NCBI GenBank assembly: GCA_001949185.1
Contig: BDGG01000019.1
Location: 399,231 to 463,230, forward strand
DNA: 64,000 nucleotides
Source of the DNA: Ramazzottius varieornatus
Taxonomy: Eukaryota > Animalia > Tardigrada
Reading direction: 5' to 3'
The notes under the pieces were generated by a model, which ran no database searches, was not told the origin of the DNA, and saw nothing but the letters and a program-made list of their open reading frames with translations. This document shows positions 40,004 to 50,800 of this stretch, in pieces (positions within the stretch are counted from its first letter, which is position 1; every line of letters begins with the position of its first letter). Made by a program: the position numbers and the translations under genes.

Positions 40004-40464
40004 AGAAAAAAAGACTTCATGCGCGTTGCGTGACTCTTTTGTACAACAGTTCAATTTGAGGCATTGTACAGAGTTTGCTGAAAAGCCTTCGCGCGGTTGA
40101 ATTTTGATCAGAGAAGGTGACACATTTGAGCACAAGAAGAGAAGACGGTTTTACGGTTCATGAATCATGATTAAATTTTCCAAAATGTTCTGGATCCATT
40201 TTAGTTGTACATTGCATAGCCGTTTTTTCTTGTTTTTTTCATTCTGCCAAAACCAAAGGTTTTCACAGCGTATCCCTTCTGCTAGCTTTTGTTTCTCCTT
40301 CCTGTACACTTTCCCTCATTTTTAGCTTTGAATAATGAAATTTCCCTGAAATTTTCATGCAGGTTCCATCTTCACTTTACTCATCCTGCATAACAGTTAC
40401 TGCAAAAAACAACAACAGAATTTTTGACCTTGGACAAATAGTCAGCGACAAGAGATCACAGGAA

Positions 40465-40645
40465 TTGGGAGTCCGGCAAACGAAACGTACAAGACCGTTG
40501 CAGAAAGTGGCGCACGCTGACAGCCAATAACAATGTAAGCATGCGCCAACTGACGTAGCGATCTTGGACGTTTTGTTTACCATCCTCCTTCAACCGGCGC
40601 ACGTCTCCAGCCAGTAACAATAAAAGCGTGCGCCACTTGAGATCT
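40465..40645. repeat. Palindromic repeat family copy, two units (between genes)
   Basis: AAGTGGCGCACGCTGACAGCCAAT..TGCGCCA..GGCGCACGTCTCCAGCCAGT..AAGCGTGCGCCACTTG. Confidence 0.85.
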
Positions 40646-41441
40646 CGTGCGGCACTTCAGATCTCTCGATTGCCGCCTCCCAGTTGTTGAATGAAGGGCT
40701 CTGTCGCTTCGGTTCTGACAGGAACCTTCGTGGTTAGACATAGATAGTCTTTCGCGGTTTGAAGTTCCTCACGTGAGATGCCTGGAGGCAGCATGAGGTG
40801 GTGTTGTAGCCAGCAAGCTGTGTAGTGTACTGTGGTACGTGATGCTACAGATTGACGGTCCGTGGCACAGGCAGTAGGTTCTCGGCGATCTTTGAGAATA
40901 CACTCTCTGAATCAGCTAACTAAGTGAGGTGAATGTAAACTTGGCAATGACAGCTCAGAGACTCGGAAGAAAAAAATCAGCTGTCAGCTTGACAATATTT
41001 ACTCTGTGTAGCACGCCATCAGCTGGCTCCACTGTACACCACCACAGTACTAATTCGCTGTTAGCTCATTCGTACACATCCGGAACACTTTATATTTTAC
41101 CCATACATGTACGGATCAACTCTGGGACCTTCCGTTCGATTTATAGATATTGAAGGAAACAGAATTATTTACAAGGAACCTAAGCACAGGTACCAATGCA
41201 GAAAGAAACGGAACATTATTTACAATAAAACGAATATTCTTCCACGCAACTTTACGTATACGCAAGAAAAGAAATAATTCGACTCTATCTATTTTTAGGA
41301 ATTTTTTTCAAATGCACTCTACATTGAGATACGCGAAGATATCATCCATTACGTGCAGTAAGGCAGTACTCTATAACTAGGAACAGATAATGTGACATGT
41401 ACGGCACGCGACCTTGAACTGTCCGGATGCTCCTTCCAGGT

Positions 41442-42096
41442 TCAAACGACTTCCCACTTGGCCTCGCCATCATCATTATCGTCATCGCACAGATCATAGC
41501 TTCCCACATCCACCGCGTTGTGGTCCCCCATGGGGAACAGCTCAAAGAAGGCGTCCTCGTCCATATTCAACAGCGCTTCAAGAGGATACTCTTCAGTGGT
41601 CCCGTGACCGTCAGTTCGCTTCTTTCCTTTGGTATGCTTGGTGGCTTTCTGGGCCTTGAGTTGCTCGTACTTGGTCAAGAGGTCCTCCATGTTCAGCTTG
41701 GTGGTACGAGTAGCGGTGGAACGACTAGTGCTGGACTGACGGGACTTGGTCACGTTCTCCTTGCAGTCCGCCAGGAAGTCCCGCAAGGTGGCAGCGCAAG
41801 CTTCTTCGGAGGTCGCTTTGTAGTTTTCCCGAATTTCGTCGCGAAACTTATTTCCTGCAGCCTTCGAATCACCAACCTTCTGTCAACACCAAAATCCACG
41901 TAGGTAAATTCCACCATCGCCCATACATGTCACATGGAAGAACGTGAAAATTACTTCGAAAAACTGCTCGCCCCTTTACCCACGTTTACTATAGCCCAGA
42001 AATCAGAATACTGCTTTTTAATTTATTAGCGACTCCACTTTTCTACGATTAGTCGTACATACACGAACTTACTCGAAAGGCAGTTTTCGCGGTCAT
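41442..42096 (-). CDS. Uncharacterised protein, short member of local orphan family
   Basis: Predicted exons 42096-42073 (MTAKTAFR, donor gtaagt) and 41879-41442 (KVGDSKAAGNKFRDEIRENY..LNMEDLL..EYPL..KWEVV); shares motif order with the C-terminal part of 43190-44236. Confidence 0.6.
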
Positions 42097-43189
42097 GACT
42101 TCCTTATTTGGGTCCTTTGTCGAAACTCGGGAGGCACAACGGTTCGGTGGGGAGATCAAACTTCTTCAGGGCGCAATATCGCTCCCTAAATGTTAGATCA
42201 CTGCATACTCAGGTCGCTTTCTTCCGACTGGCACTTTCCGCAGTGTCGATCACAACTGATGAGAAAATGTAAAGGCTAAATATAGTACAATTTCCAGAGC
42301 TAAAAATACGACAAAAACACTAGTGAATGCTGAAACTTTTCGTTTATTACTGGATAAAGTATATAGTGATATAAATGTACAACTGACACTGCTGATTTCA
42401 AGTGACGTGGTTTCGAATGTGTATCGGGGACAAAGAAAATCAATGTTGCCTGGTGGATTTTACCAGTCAGCTGTGCGTTTGGCTGCATATCTGCCATGTG
42501 ATGTCATTCACCCATACAGTCGATGGTGTTCTCTCGGTACTTTGTACCGTTGCAACCAAGACAGGGCAGCCATGTTTACATCTCCAAAAGTACAGTAGAG
42601 ATTAGGAGATGGAGAGAAACGTGACCATGCCAAGAGGTGACTCATCTGTCGCTATATTTATGTGGGGCATTCACCATAGAGAAATGGAATACAGTCCTAC
42701 CTCCGAGATGTGACAATTGCTCCTACTGCGCCCGAATATCAATTCTGCAGAGAGTGCTTGCCAGCACAACACTATCAGCAGATTGACGCCTTGTTCGAGG
42801 TTGACGTGATCAAGGAATCAAGAAGTGTGTTCGATCAGCTGATCGATCTTCTGCAAACAGTGTGGCGAGCAGCCTGGTGAATATATGCGCCGTCCAGAAT
42901 TGAAATCGGGTCTTTGAACTGTCACATCTCGCAGGTAGGACTGTACCCTATGGACCTTGACATCAATGGAAATGACATCATTGCTGAATATCAAGGGGAA
43001 TGATGTCACATGCCACAGTACATAACCCTGAGCCCATGAAAATTTCACGGAAAAGTCTGCACAGTTTTCTATTAAGCAGTGAAATTTATTGCATCCGACC
43101 CGGATTGTGCTCCAGCTAATTTTAATCGAGTCTTACTTTTCTCCTGTAACAGAAAAGCCCATATTGGTGTGAACGAGCGAGAGTCGACC

Positions 43190-44236
43190 ATGTCGAAGCG
43201 CAAGCTTTATGGCTGCTGCAGGCACCGTCCGTCGAAGTATTCCTACATTGGCAAGTTTTACAAGGCTCCCGAGGATCAAACAGCGTTGGTGAAAATAGTG
43301 GAGGATTTTATCCGGGCTGAATATTTTGACGATGGTATGGATGTGGTTCGGCGCCGTAGAGAACCCTGGGACCACGAACTCGCAAACAGCGCTAGTGTAT
43401 CTTACTCGTTGAACAAGAGGAACCGCTGGAGGCTCGTCGAAGAGCTACCTTCTATAGTTCCCCAAGTTTTGTTCGACGAACCTCCCCTTCGAACCGCGCG
43501 GTCCAAGAAAGGCGGAACCACCGAATATTCGGTGACGGTCAGAGGAACAATCGGGACCTGTCCTCTTTATCAATACTTCTCGGGCATTCCTTACCTGAAA
43601 CGATACCACCCGGTAACATTCTCCAACTGTGTGACATCTGAAACATCAAACACCAAGTTACTTCCGGGAAAGAAGAATTGGTCCAAGAAGGGAAGAAGGA
43701 AAGAAGAACGAACTGACAAGAGCAACCAGGAAGTCGCGGATGACCGATGTGTGATCGGATACTGCATTGGGGTTCCTCCGGAAAAGACCTCGTATGTCTT
43801 CCGGAAAGATCGACATACCTCAGATCGCGACTACAGTCAGCTTGAGTACCATCTACGGAAAAACTCCCCGTCTTCAGGGTACAAGTACAAGGAAGAGGTA
43901 GACGAATATCACATGATGGGTCTTGAGCAGCTGTGGGAACTGCCGATCGAGGGCTCCGACGAAGTGGAAGAAGACACCGCTCGCCTTAACGAGGTTTCTG
44001 TCTACAACATGGAGGACCTGCTGTTAGCCGGAAGAGCACGTCAAGAGCAGCTTACAAAGCGAAAAGCAGGGAAGTTCCCCCTGGACTATGAAGTTATACA
44101 GGATATGGCAGAGTCTTCCGCTTGGGAGGAAGTTGGGGACCTGGGTGGTGAAGGGATCGATACGGGCAGTGTGACCAGCGGTGATAGTTCGTGGGAATTG
44201 ATCAGCTCAGGATGTGACGGCTTTGAGGATGTGTAA
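43190..44236 (+). CDS. Uncharacterised 348-aa protein, long member of local orphan family
   Basis: Long intact single-exon ORF (MSKRKLYGCC..FIRAEYFDDG..SYSLNKRNRWRL..GYKYKEEVDEY..NMEDLL..FPLDYEVI..SWELIS); a decayed paralog follows immediately. Confidence 0.8.
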   Translation: MSKRKLYGCCRHRPSKYSYIGKFYKAPEDQTALVKIVEDFIRAEYFDDGMDVVRRRREPWDHELANSASVSYSLNKRNRWRLVEELPSIVPQVLFDEPPLRTARSKKGGTTEYSVTVRGTIGTCPLYQYFSGIPYLKRYHPVTFSNCVTSETSNTKLLPGKKNWSKKGRRKEERTDKSNQEVADDRCVIGYCIGVPPEKTSYVFRKDRHTSDRDYSQLEYHLRKNSPSSGYKYKEEVDEYHMMGLEQLWELPIEGSDEVEEDTARLNEVSVYNMEDLLLAGRARQEQLTKRKAGKFPLDYEVIQDMAESSAWEEVGDLGGEGIDTGSVTSGDSSWELISSGCDGFEDV

Positions 44237-44908
44237 TATGACTTTTCGTGCAGAGAACGGGTTTTTTTATCGGCTACAAGGAATGTTTTTCAATGGCCCC
44301 GTGGAGGACTAATTCTTTCTTGTTTCTCGGACGGTACTATAACCACTGACTTTACGTGTCTTGTGCGTACCGGTACTTTGATACTGCAAGTCAAGACTCA
44401 AAAGTCAGTTTCACAATGAAGACAAAAGAAACCTACCAAATGGCGTCGTATCCGATCCTCTCGTCAAGTGGACCACTTCCGCATAGTCAACTGAATTAGT
44501 GTCCCACCTAGAACCCTATCTACTGTATCACAAGATCTCTCTGCCTGAAACGCCGGAAGTAACCGATCAGAACATTCTGTCTGAGTTACAAACGTAGGAG
44601 AACTGTCCGTCTGACGCGGAAATTACCCTCGATAACAGATATTCCAGACAGCTTATCCGAGTCATTCCTGTTCGATAGCTACCATGAGGCGATAGGCACT
44701 TTATTTAAATTTTGCACGTGCCGTGGAATGACATTGTCGCTGCGTTACTCGTCGAAATCAAGTCATACATAACACTTTACTTTAAACGTGTGCGCACTTG
44801 GTTCTGAACTCAATCAGCTGTGGCTACAAGTTCGATTTATTCTACCTTCGATCAAAACTGTTACCTTTGTGGAGAACTGCGTATCGATCGACCCTGGAAG
44901 CATAAACC

Positions 44909-45850
44909 ATGCGGTGGCGAAGGGTTCATGGATGCTACATGCATAACCCCACGAAATCTTCCTGCATTGAAAAGATCTACAAGGTTCAAGAGGATATGAC
45001 AGCTTTCGTGAAAGAGGTAGAAAATTTTATTCAAGCTGAATATTTCGACGATGGAATTGAGGTAATTCAAAGACCTGCACTTCACTGCACTGGCATATCC
45101 TACTCCTTGAACAAACGGAATCGGTGGAAACTGGTCGAGAAACTGCCTGCCGTTGTTCCTAAACTTCGATTCGGCGATCCTTCTGATGGGCAACCTGAAG
45201 CCGGAAACAAGAAACGTAAAGGAAGACTTCCAGCTGAGACTCAGAAATTATACGGTCAGTATTTCCGGGTCGCTTACGACATGCCATTTTTATCATTATT
45301 CCAACATCGCTCATCTCCGACGACCTTCAGTATTCTTTTCTAGCTTCGTGGATAGTAAAGCCGAACAGCGTTATCAAACGCGAGGACGACACAAACGAAA
45401 CCGGCGTCCAGCAGGGTACCAAGAAGATGGCTATCAAGTATCACATTGGGCTTCCTCTGGCAAAGATCTCGTCCATATTCCGTAAAGATCGTCATAGACG
45501 ACGGTCAAGGCTGGAAAGACAAGATGCCTACGAGCTGAGAAAGTGCTCGCCATCCACTGGCTACAAGTACGAGGAGGAAGTAGATGAGTATTATTAGCGG
45601 ATGTCTTACGACGGTCGGGAAGACTTGTGGTACCATGGGGAAGATGAGCCAGAACAAAAACCGAAGCTAGAAATACGAGAAGTTCTCGCTATGTTCTGAA
45701 TGAAATAATGCTGGCCTGTCGGGCTGGCCACCACCGGCGGACTGCAAGGAGGTACCCGCTCGATTACGATGTGGTCCAAACAGTGGACTGTGGAACTTTC
45801 ACAGTCCACTGTTTGGAAGGAACTTGGAAACACTGCCGGCGTCACAGAGC
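44909..45850 (+). pseudogene. Decayed paralog of 43190-44236
   Basis: FIQAEYFDDG, SYSLNKRNRWKLVEKLP, YTVSISG, IFRKDRH, GYKYEEEVDEYY-stop, YPLDYDVVQ are spread over different frames with stops. Confidence 0.85.
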
Positions 45851-46140
45851 ATGCAGTATGACGAAGTTATGTATACTGCACTGTGCCGGCGTCAAACTGG
45901 TCTTGATTCCTCCAGTTGGTCTTGATTCAAATTAGCGGAAATTCTGCCCGGTTGCTATCAGTCAAAATGGGCATAATGCTTCCACGTCGTGCTAACGAAG
46001 GGCTGTCCAGTACTGCATTGATTCTCCCTGTATCTCGCTCTTGCCGACTCAACACAAAGCAGCAGTTGACCACTCCCCGCTCGCCTGTGACTCCTTCAGC
46101 TTTTGCCTTTCAGCCCAGAAATTTTCCCAGACACACACTG

Positions 46141-46147
46141 TATAAAA
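46141..46147 (+). promoter_or_regulatory. Candidate TATA box of the Cys-rich secreted protein gene
   Basis: TATAAAA about 105 bp before the ATG at 46246, with an Inr-like TCAGTT about 30 bp downstream of it. Confidence 0.5.
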
Positions 46148-46245
46148 TGTTCCAACTGTCGTGCTTGGAACCATCAGTTTGCAATTTGCATTTTCCGCAA
46201 AGCGCTTGGCAGACCATTTCTTCTGACTTCTGATATTGCGCAAAG

Positions 46246-47777
46246 ATGGCGTCCATCTTGAAAGTTCTCGCCCTACTCGGTAAGCATGTAACTCCACAGC
46301 GAGAAATTACAGAACACAAAACCATGAACATCCCAACGGTGTATTTTGAGTATCACGCTAATTTCTTCCCTTGCTTTCTTTTTAGGAGTGGCATATTGCG
46401 TGTCAGCTGCCGTACCTGTCATAAAGTTCACCGATACCATTGCCACGACGTTGACTCCAGTCGCCATCAATGCCACCACTCTCGTGCCGGAGGTGGTCGT
46501 CCATCGGGAAGCCGAACACGTCCTGCTTGAAACCACCACGGTCGCCTTCGTGAGCACCACCGAGCGTCGTACCACTGTCATCGAGTACTTCACTCAGATC
46601 CTCCGTGGAGACTTCGTCGGTGCCCGCAAGTGCAAGAAAACCAAGGACTGTGGAACCGGCCTGAAGTGTGACATGCTCCTCCATTGGTGTGTCCCGCTTG
46701 ATTCTCCCGCTGCTCGGGAAACCGGTAAGAACTCAAACACAAAAGTTCGTTTAAAACTTCGGACAATCTCAAATTTACCAGTGCGAGAAACTATAGGAAA
46801 AAACCAACAAGAACCTGTATCAAAATTTCTTGCAATCCAGTGTGGATTTTGAGAATATGACTGCGAAAAGCCGACGTGATGATGTCTAGTTGCTCTTTCC
46901 ATGTGAAACTCGAACGGTATCTGCGTTCCCGATTTCCGTAAATTCTAAAAATCGTCGTTGTCGTTGGTCAGAAATGGGACCTCTGCAAATGAATTCCCTT
47001 AGATCGTTTTTCAAAGTGGCGCACGCTTCTGACCAGTAAAAATCGAGAGCAGCGCCACTTCGGAAAACAATCTTTGGGAGTTTGTTTGCCGACGCCCCGA
47101 ATATTCCTGAATATTCCCGAATATTCGCAATTGGAATTCTTATTCCCGATGTTTTCTCAGAGAATGCCTGTACGAAACACGAAGACTGCTCCGAGTGGTA
47201 CCATTGCTGGAACGGCGCTTGCCACTTCTCGGGACCTCGCCACTGCAAGACTAACGCCGACTGCATGCCAGGCTTCCCCGGCCTGAGCTGGGACTGTGTG
47301 GACACCAAGGATCTGGAGAAGGCATGGATCAAGCAGCAGCTGCTGAACCGCACCACGGTCGTCGCTGAACTCAAGCCCGAACGAAACCGAGACCCTCGCA
47401 AGAACAAGGACAAACATCACGATGACCACAGCGGCGAATTGGGATCCACCGAATGGAACGCCATGGGACTTCCCGAAGGAGACTTCCTCACTCACGGACA
47501 CCGATGCTGGGCCCGTAAGTTTCGTTGTCCTACTCTTCAACTTCCATAGGAAATTGAATTTGTCTTACGATAGTTCGCTGGTGAAATACTTCTCGTTGTA
47601 GGTTGCACTGACGATAAGGGCTGCATGAGCATCCGATACCCCAGCGGGCTCTTCACCAACGATACCGACACCTTCGGTTGCTTCTTCAACTACTGCATCC
47701 GTCGTAACTCGTTCATTAGCCTCCCCGTCAACTTCAATTCAACCATCGTCTTCAACGTTACCCGAAATTTCAGTTAG
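46246..47777 (+). CDS. Secreted protein with Thr-rich N-terminal region and four C-x4-[DG]-C cysteine modules
   Basis: Exons approx. 46246-46279, 46386-46724, 47161-47514, 47602-47777. Signal peptide MASILKVLALLGVAYCVSA; CKKTKDC, CTKHEDC, CKTNADC, CTDDKGC; several N-x-S/T sequons near the C-terminus. Confidence 0.8.
46998..47095. repeat. Palindromic repeat family copy in Cys-rich gene intron
   Basis: AGATCGTTTTTCAAAGTGGCGCACG..GCGCCACTTCGGAAAACAATC..GAGTTTGTTTGCCGA. Confidence 0.85.
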
Positions 47778-48072
47778 ATTCGCTTGTTCTTATAGCTCAG
47801 AAGCCATGTCGGTACCAAAAATACTCTTCTACCTTAAGCCGTGCTGATCTTTACTGGCTCTGTACGGATGGAAATATAATGATTTGCAAAATAAATATAA
47901 AATTGAAACCACCGTAGATTCGTTCTCCACTTCAAGCTTTGAATCAAAGAACCAAAGCAAGAAATAACAGGGCCGAACGAAAATCTTCTGGTCGTTGGCT
48001 CAGACCGAAGCTCAGAATATACAGAAAAATATTGCCTTGTACCGAAAAGTTTTGATGGCACCGGTGAGCACT

Positions 48073-50384
48073 TCAGGACTTCTTGCCACTATGTTGGTGA
48101 TAGAAGTTTTGAACTGGATCTCCGCCTGCGAACAATTTATCCATGTGAATTAACACTGCCAGTTCACACCAGGAAAACTGACCTTTACTTTGGGCATTTG
48201 CAATGGAATTGATGACCAGCGCCAGCTCTTTAGCGTCAAGCGATCCATTTCTATCCACATCGCAGGCTTTCAAGATAACCTCTTCAAAGTCCCTAACCAT
48301 GTCGGCACTGTAGTCATTATTGGATGTCGCCAGCAAGTCGCGGACAAAGGCAGACAATTCATTGCCTTCCAGGGTTCCATTAACATTCTGCTGCAGTAAA
48401 CAAGCTTCTAATCTCATTTCGTCAGACTAACGAGCCATTGTTAATTATTCATCTTCTCTTACTCTATCGTATTTATCCAACAATTGTTGGACGTCGCTCG
48501 CTGACAATGCGTCCAGCTTGATCGCCTGTTGACATTGAGGCAAATTACACAATGCTATATTACATAGGCAAAGAAGGCGCCAGCCATTTGCACTACCTTG
48601 TCGACGGCGAGCTGAACAAAATTCTCCTTTGATGGTAACAACCTATCGTGGGAATTACATCGTTAATTTCCTGTTATCTTTGATACCACACGGTGGTAAT
48701 GATGCAACTCTTCACTCTGAAATGTGACACTGGATAAAGGGTGCGTACCGTGCGAGCTCATTAAGGCCGAGTTTCCCGTCATGATTAATGTCGAAAAAGG
48801 GCAACTGTGAAACAGGAAGAACAATACAGTGCTTGAAACCCACAGGAACCCACCCACAAACTTAAAGCGATTGTTTTCCCAAGTGCGTTATTATTTGGCC
48901 ACTAACACCGGAAGTGTACGCCACCTAGGCAAATAAACCAAACACGTATGTTTTCCCAAGCAGCGCACTTTTTGAGTGTTACTGGCTGAAAGTGTGTATC
49001 ACTTGGAGAATGATCCCGAAGTGGCGCACGTTCTCATTGCCGTTGGTCAGAAGCCTGCGCCACCCGAGAAATCGATCGTTCGAAGTGTGTCTGTCGAGCT
49101 TCCACTTTTCGCATATCAATCTTTTTCTCTTGGACAGGTTTCGAAAGGTCCCGTAAAAAGAATGATGGTTCGTTCAGCGATTAGGGTGAAAGGGACAAGG
49201 TAATAAAGTTGGATGAGTTGGGACTTACGAAGGCTTCGGCGTAATCTCTAGCTTTACTGAGGTCGACAGGCTCCACAGGAGATGAACCGGTTCGTAGGAG
49301 GTCCTTCAACAATAGCTGGAGAGAAGATCGATCTTATTAGCGAAAATTCAATTTGACGTATTCGCGAGTAGGCGGCGAGGTCCCTGATGCGGAAACACTC
49401 CATTATGCCTTCTGCCAAACAAAAGTGATTCGAGTGAATAAACAGAATATTTTTGCATACCGCGAACTCAGAAGCATCGATGAATCCACTCAGATCTTTG
49501 TCGTATCTCTTCCAGATCTACAACACAAGAAAAGCCTAATGTTCCGCATCGAAGGCTTGTGCTTTTTCGTGGTGACGTTAGCTCGAGAACTTTTGGTCAT
49601 CTTGATGAATGAGTAACGATAACCATTGGCGCAATTTCAGTTGCCTGCATACAAGCTAACGGTGCTTCCCTAACGAGTCCTTGTATGCAGGTGCATGAAA
49701 TAGTCTCGAATTACTGCGTGTTCATAACAAACGTACGTCCATAAACTCCACGGCTGTCTTGGCTCGGCTCTCCGCACGAAAAAGGACAAAGATACCAAGT
49801 TCCACCGGAAGGAGTTTGGCCATCTACAAGAAGCGAAAAGCGGAAGGGGTTAATCCAAGCAAGACCTCGAGTTACAATCACGCGCGGTATTCGACATGCC
49901 CTGCAGCCCGCACTTACGTATTCCAAGGAGATCCGCCCTCCTTCTTCCACATTCAAACCCTGGATATACGCCTTCTTTATGCGAGCAATTTCCGCATCCG
50001 ACAATGCTTCCTGAAAATTGACTTGTGTACCTTTATGAAAGTCCCTTTTCAAAGGCATGTTTACTCACAATAAACTTGGCGTGGGCGGAAGTCAGGTATT
50101 CATTCAAAAAGTCGTCAACTTCCTGTTCCTCGATAGTCAAATTACCTAAAATTTAACAACAGCCAGTGTATGAACCAAATAGCCCTGTTTTCGAAATCAA
50201 CTAACAGACTGCATGAAAAGCAATAAACACAAAGATAATTACCATCTTTATCGTAATGGGACCATATTTCCAGAAAGCCGTCGGCCGACAGCGGCTTCTT
50301 CTCCACACCTTTCTCTCGAAGCTTCTCATCGATAAAATTCCGCCGCTCCACGAAGTTCATAAAATTCAAACCAGCGAAAGCCAT
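48073..50384 (-). CDS. Six-EF-hand calcium-binding protein, calbindin-32 / calretinin / secretagogin family
   Basis: About 11 exons (approx. 50384-50243, 50145-50064, 50010-49918, 49822-49733, 49517-49459, 49316-49229, 48805-48748, 48643-48597, 48526-48461, 48388-48183, 48125-48073). LSADGFLEIWSHYDKDGN, IWKRYDKDLSGFIDASE, FDINHDGKLGLNELARLLPSKENF, YDRNVNGTLEGNEL, CDVDRNGSLDAKEL. Confidence 0.88.
48860..49100. repeat. Palindromic repeat family copy, three units, in calbindin-like intron
   Basis: Three successive (CCC)AAG[T/C][G/A]GCG..CCAC/TCAC units, ending GATCG..TCGAG. Confidence 0.8.
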
Positions 50385-50756
50385 CTTTCCGAGCACGATC
50401 CCGGTATTCCAAATATCAAATCACAGTGTGAACGGAAAATGCTGACAGGCGTGTTTTTACGCGATGCTGACCCCGGGTTTTATGCGCAACAAAATGACTC
50501 TTGGGGTGCGCTGAATCATGAGTGTGTAAGAGCGAACTCTAGGGATAGGGAACTGGAAATGAGGAGAGCTATAGCTTAGGACGAAATTACGAACCGTTGT
50601 TGACATAACGGTCGTACGAGGAATGTATTGATTTCTGAGCTTTGGGGATCGATTCCTGTTATAAACGTACATAGCGGGCTGTACGTGATGAGCGGCCCCC
50701 GTCATTTTTTTATCTGACGGGAGAGATCCTCATATCCTGTTTGCACTGTATGTGAA

Positions 50757-50800
50757 CTGAGCACAGAGCTGAGCACCGAGCTGAGCACAGCTGAGCACCG
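50757..50800. repeat. Short tandem repeat upstream of the calbindin-like gene
   Basis: CTGAGCAC x4 with 2-4 bp spacers. Confidence 0.8.

Noticed and set aside
42620-43050. Protein-like short ORFs between the orphan genes
   Set aside because: No motif, splice pattern or homology that I can support.
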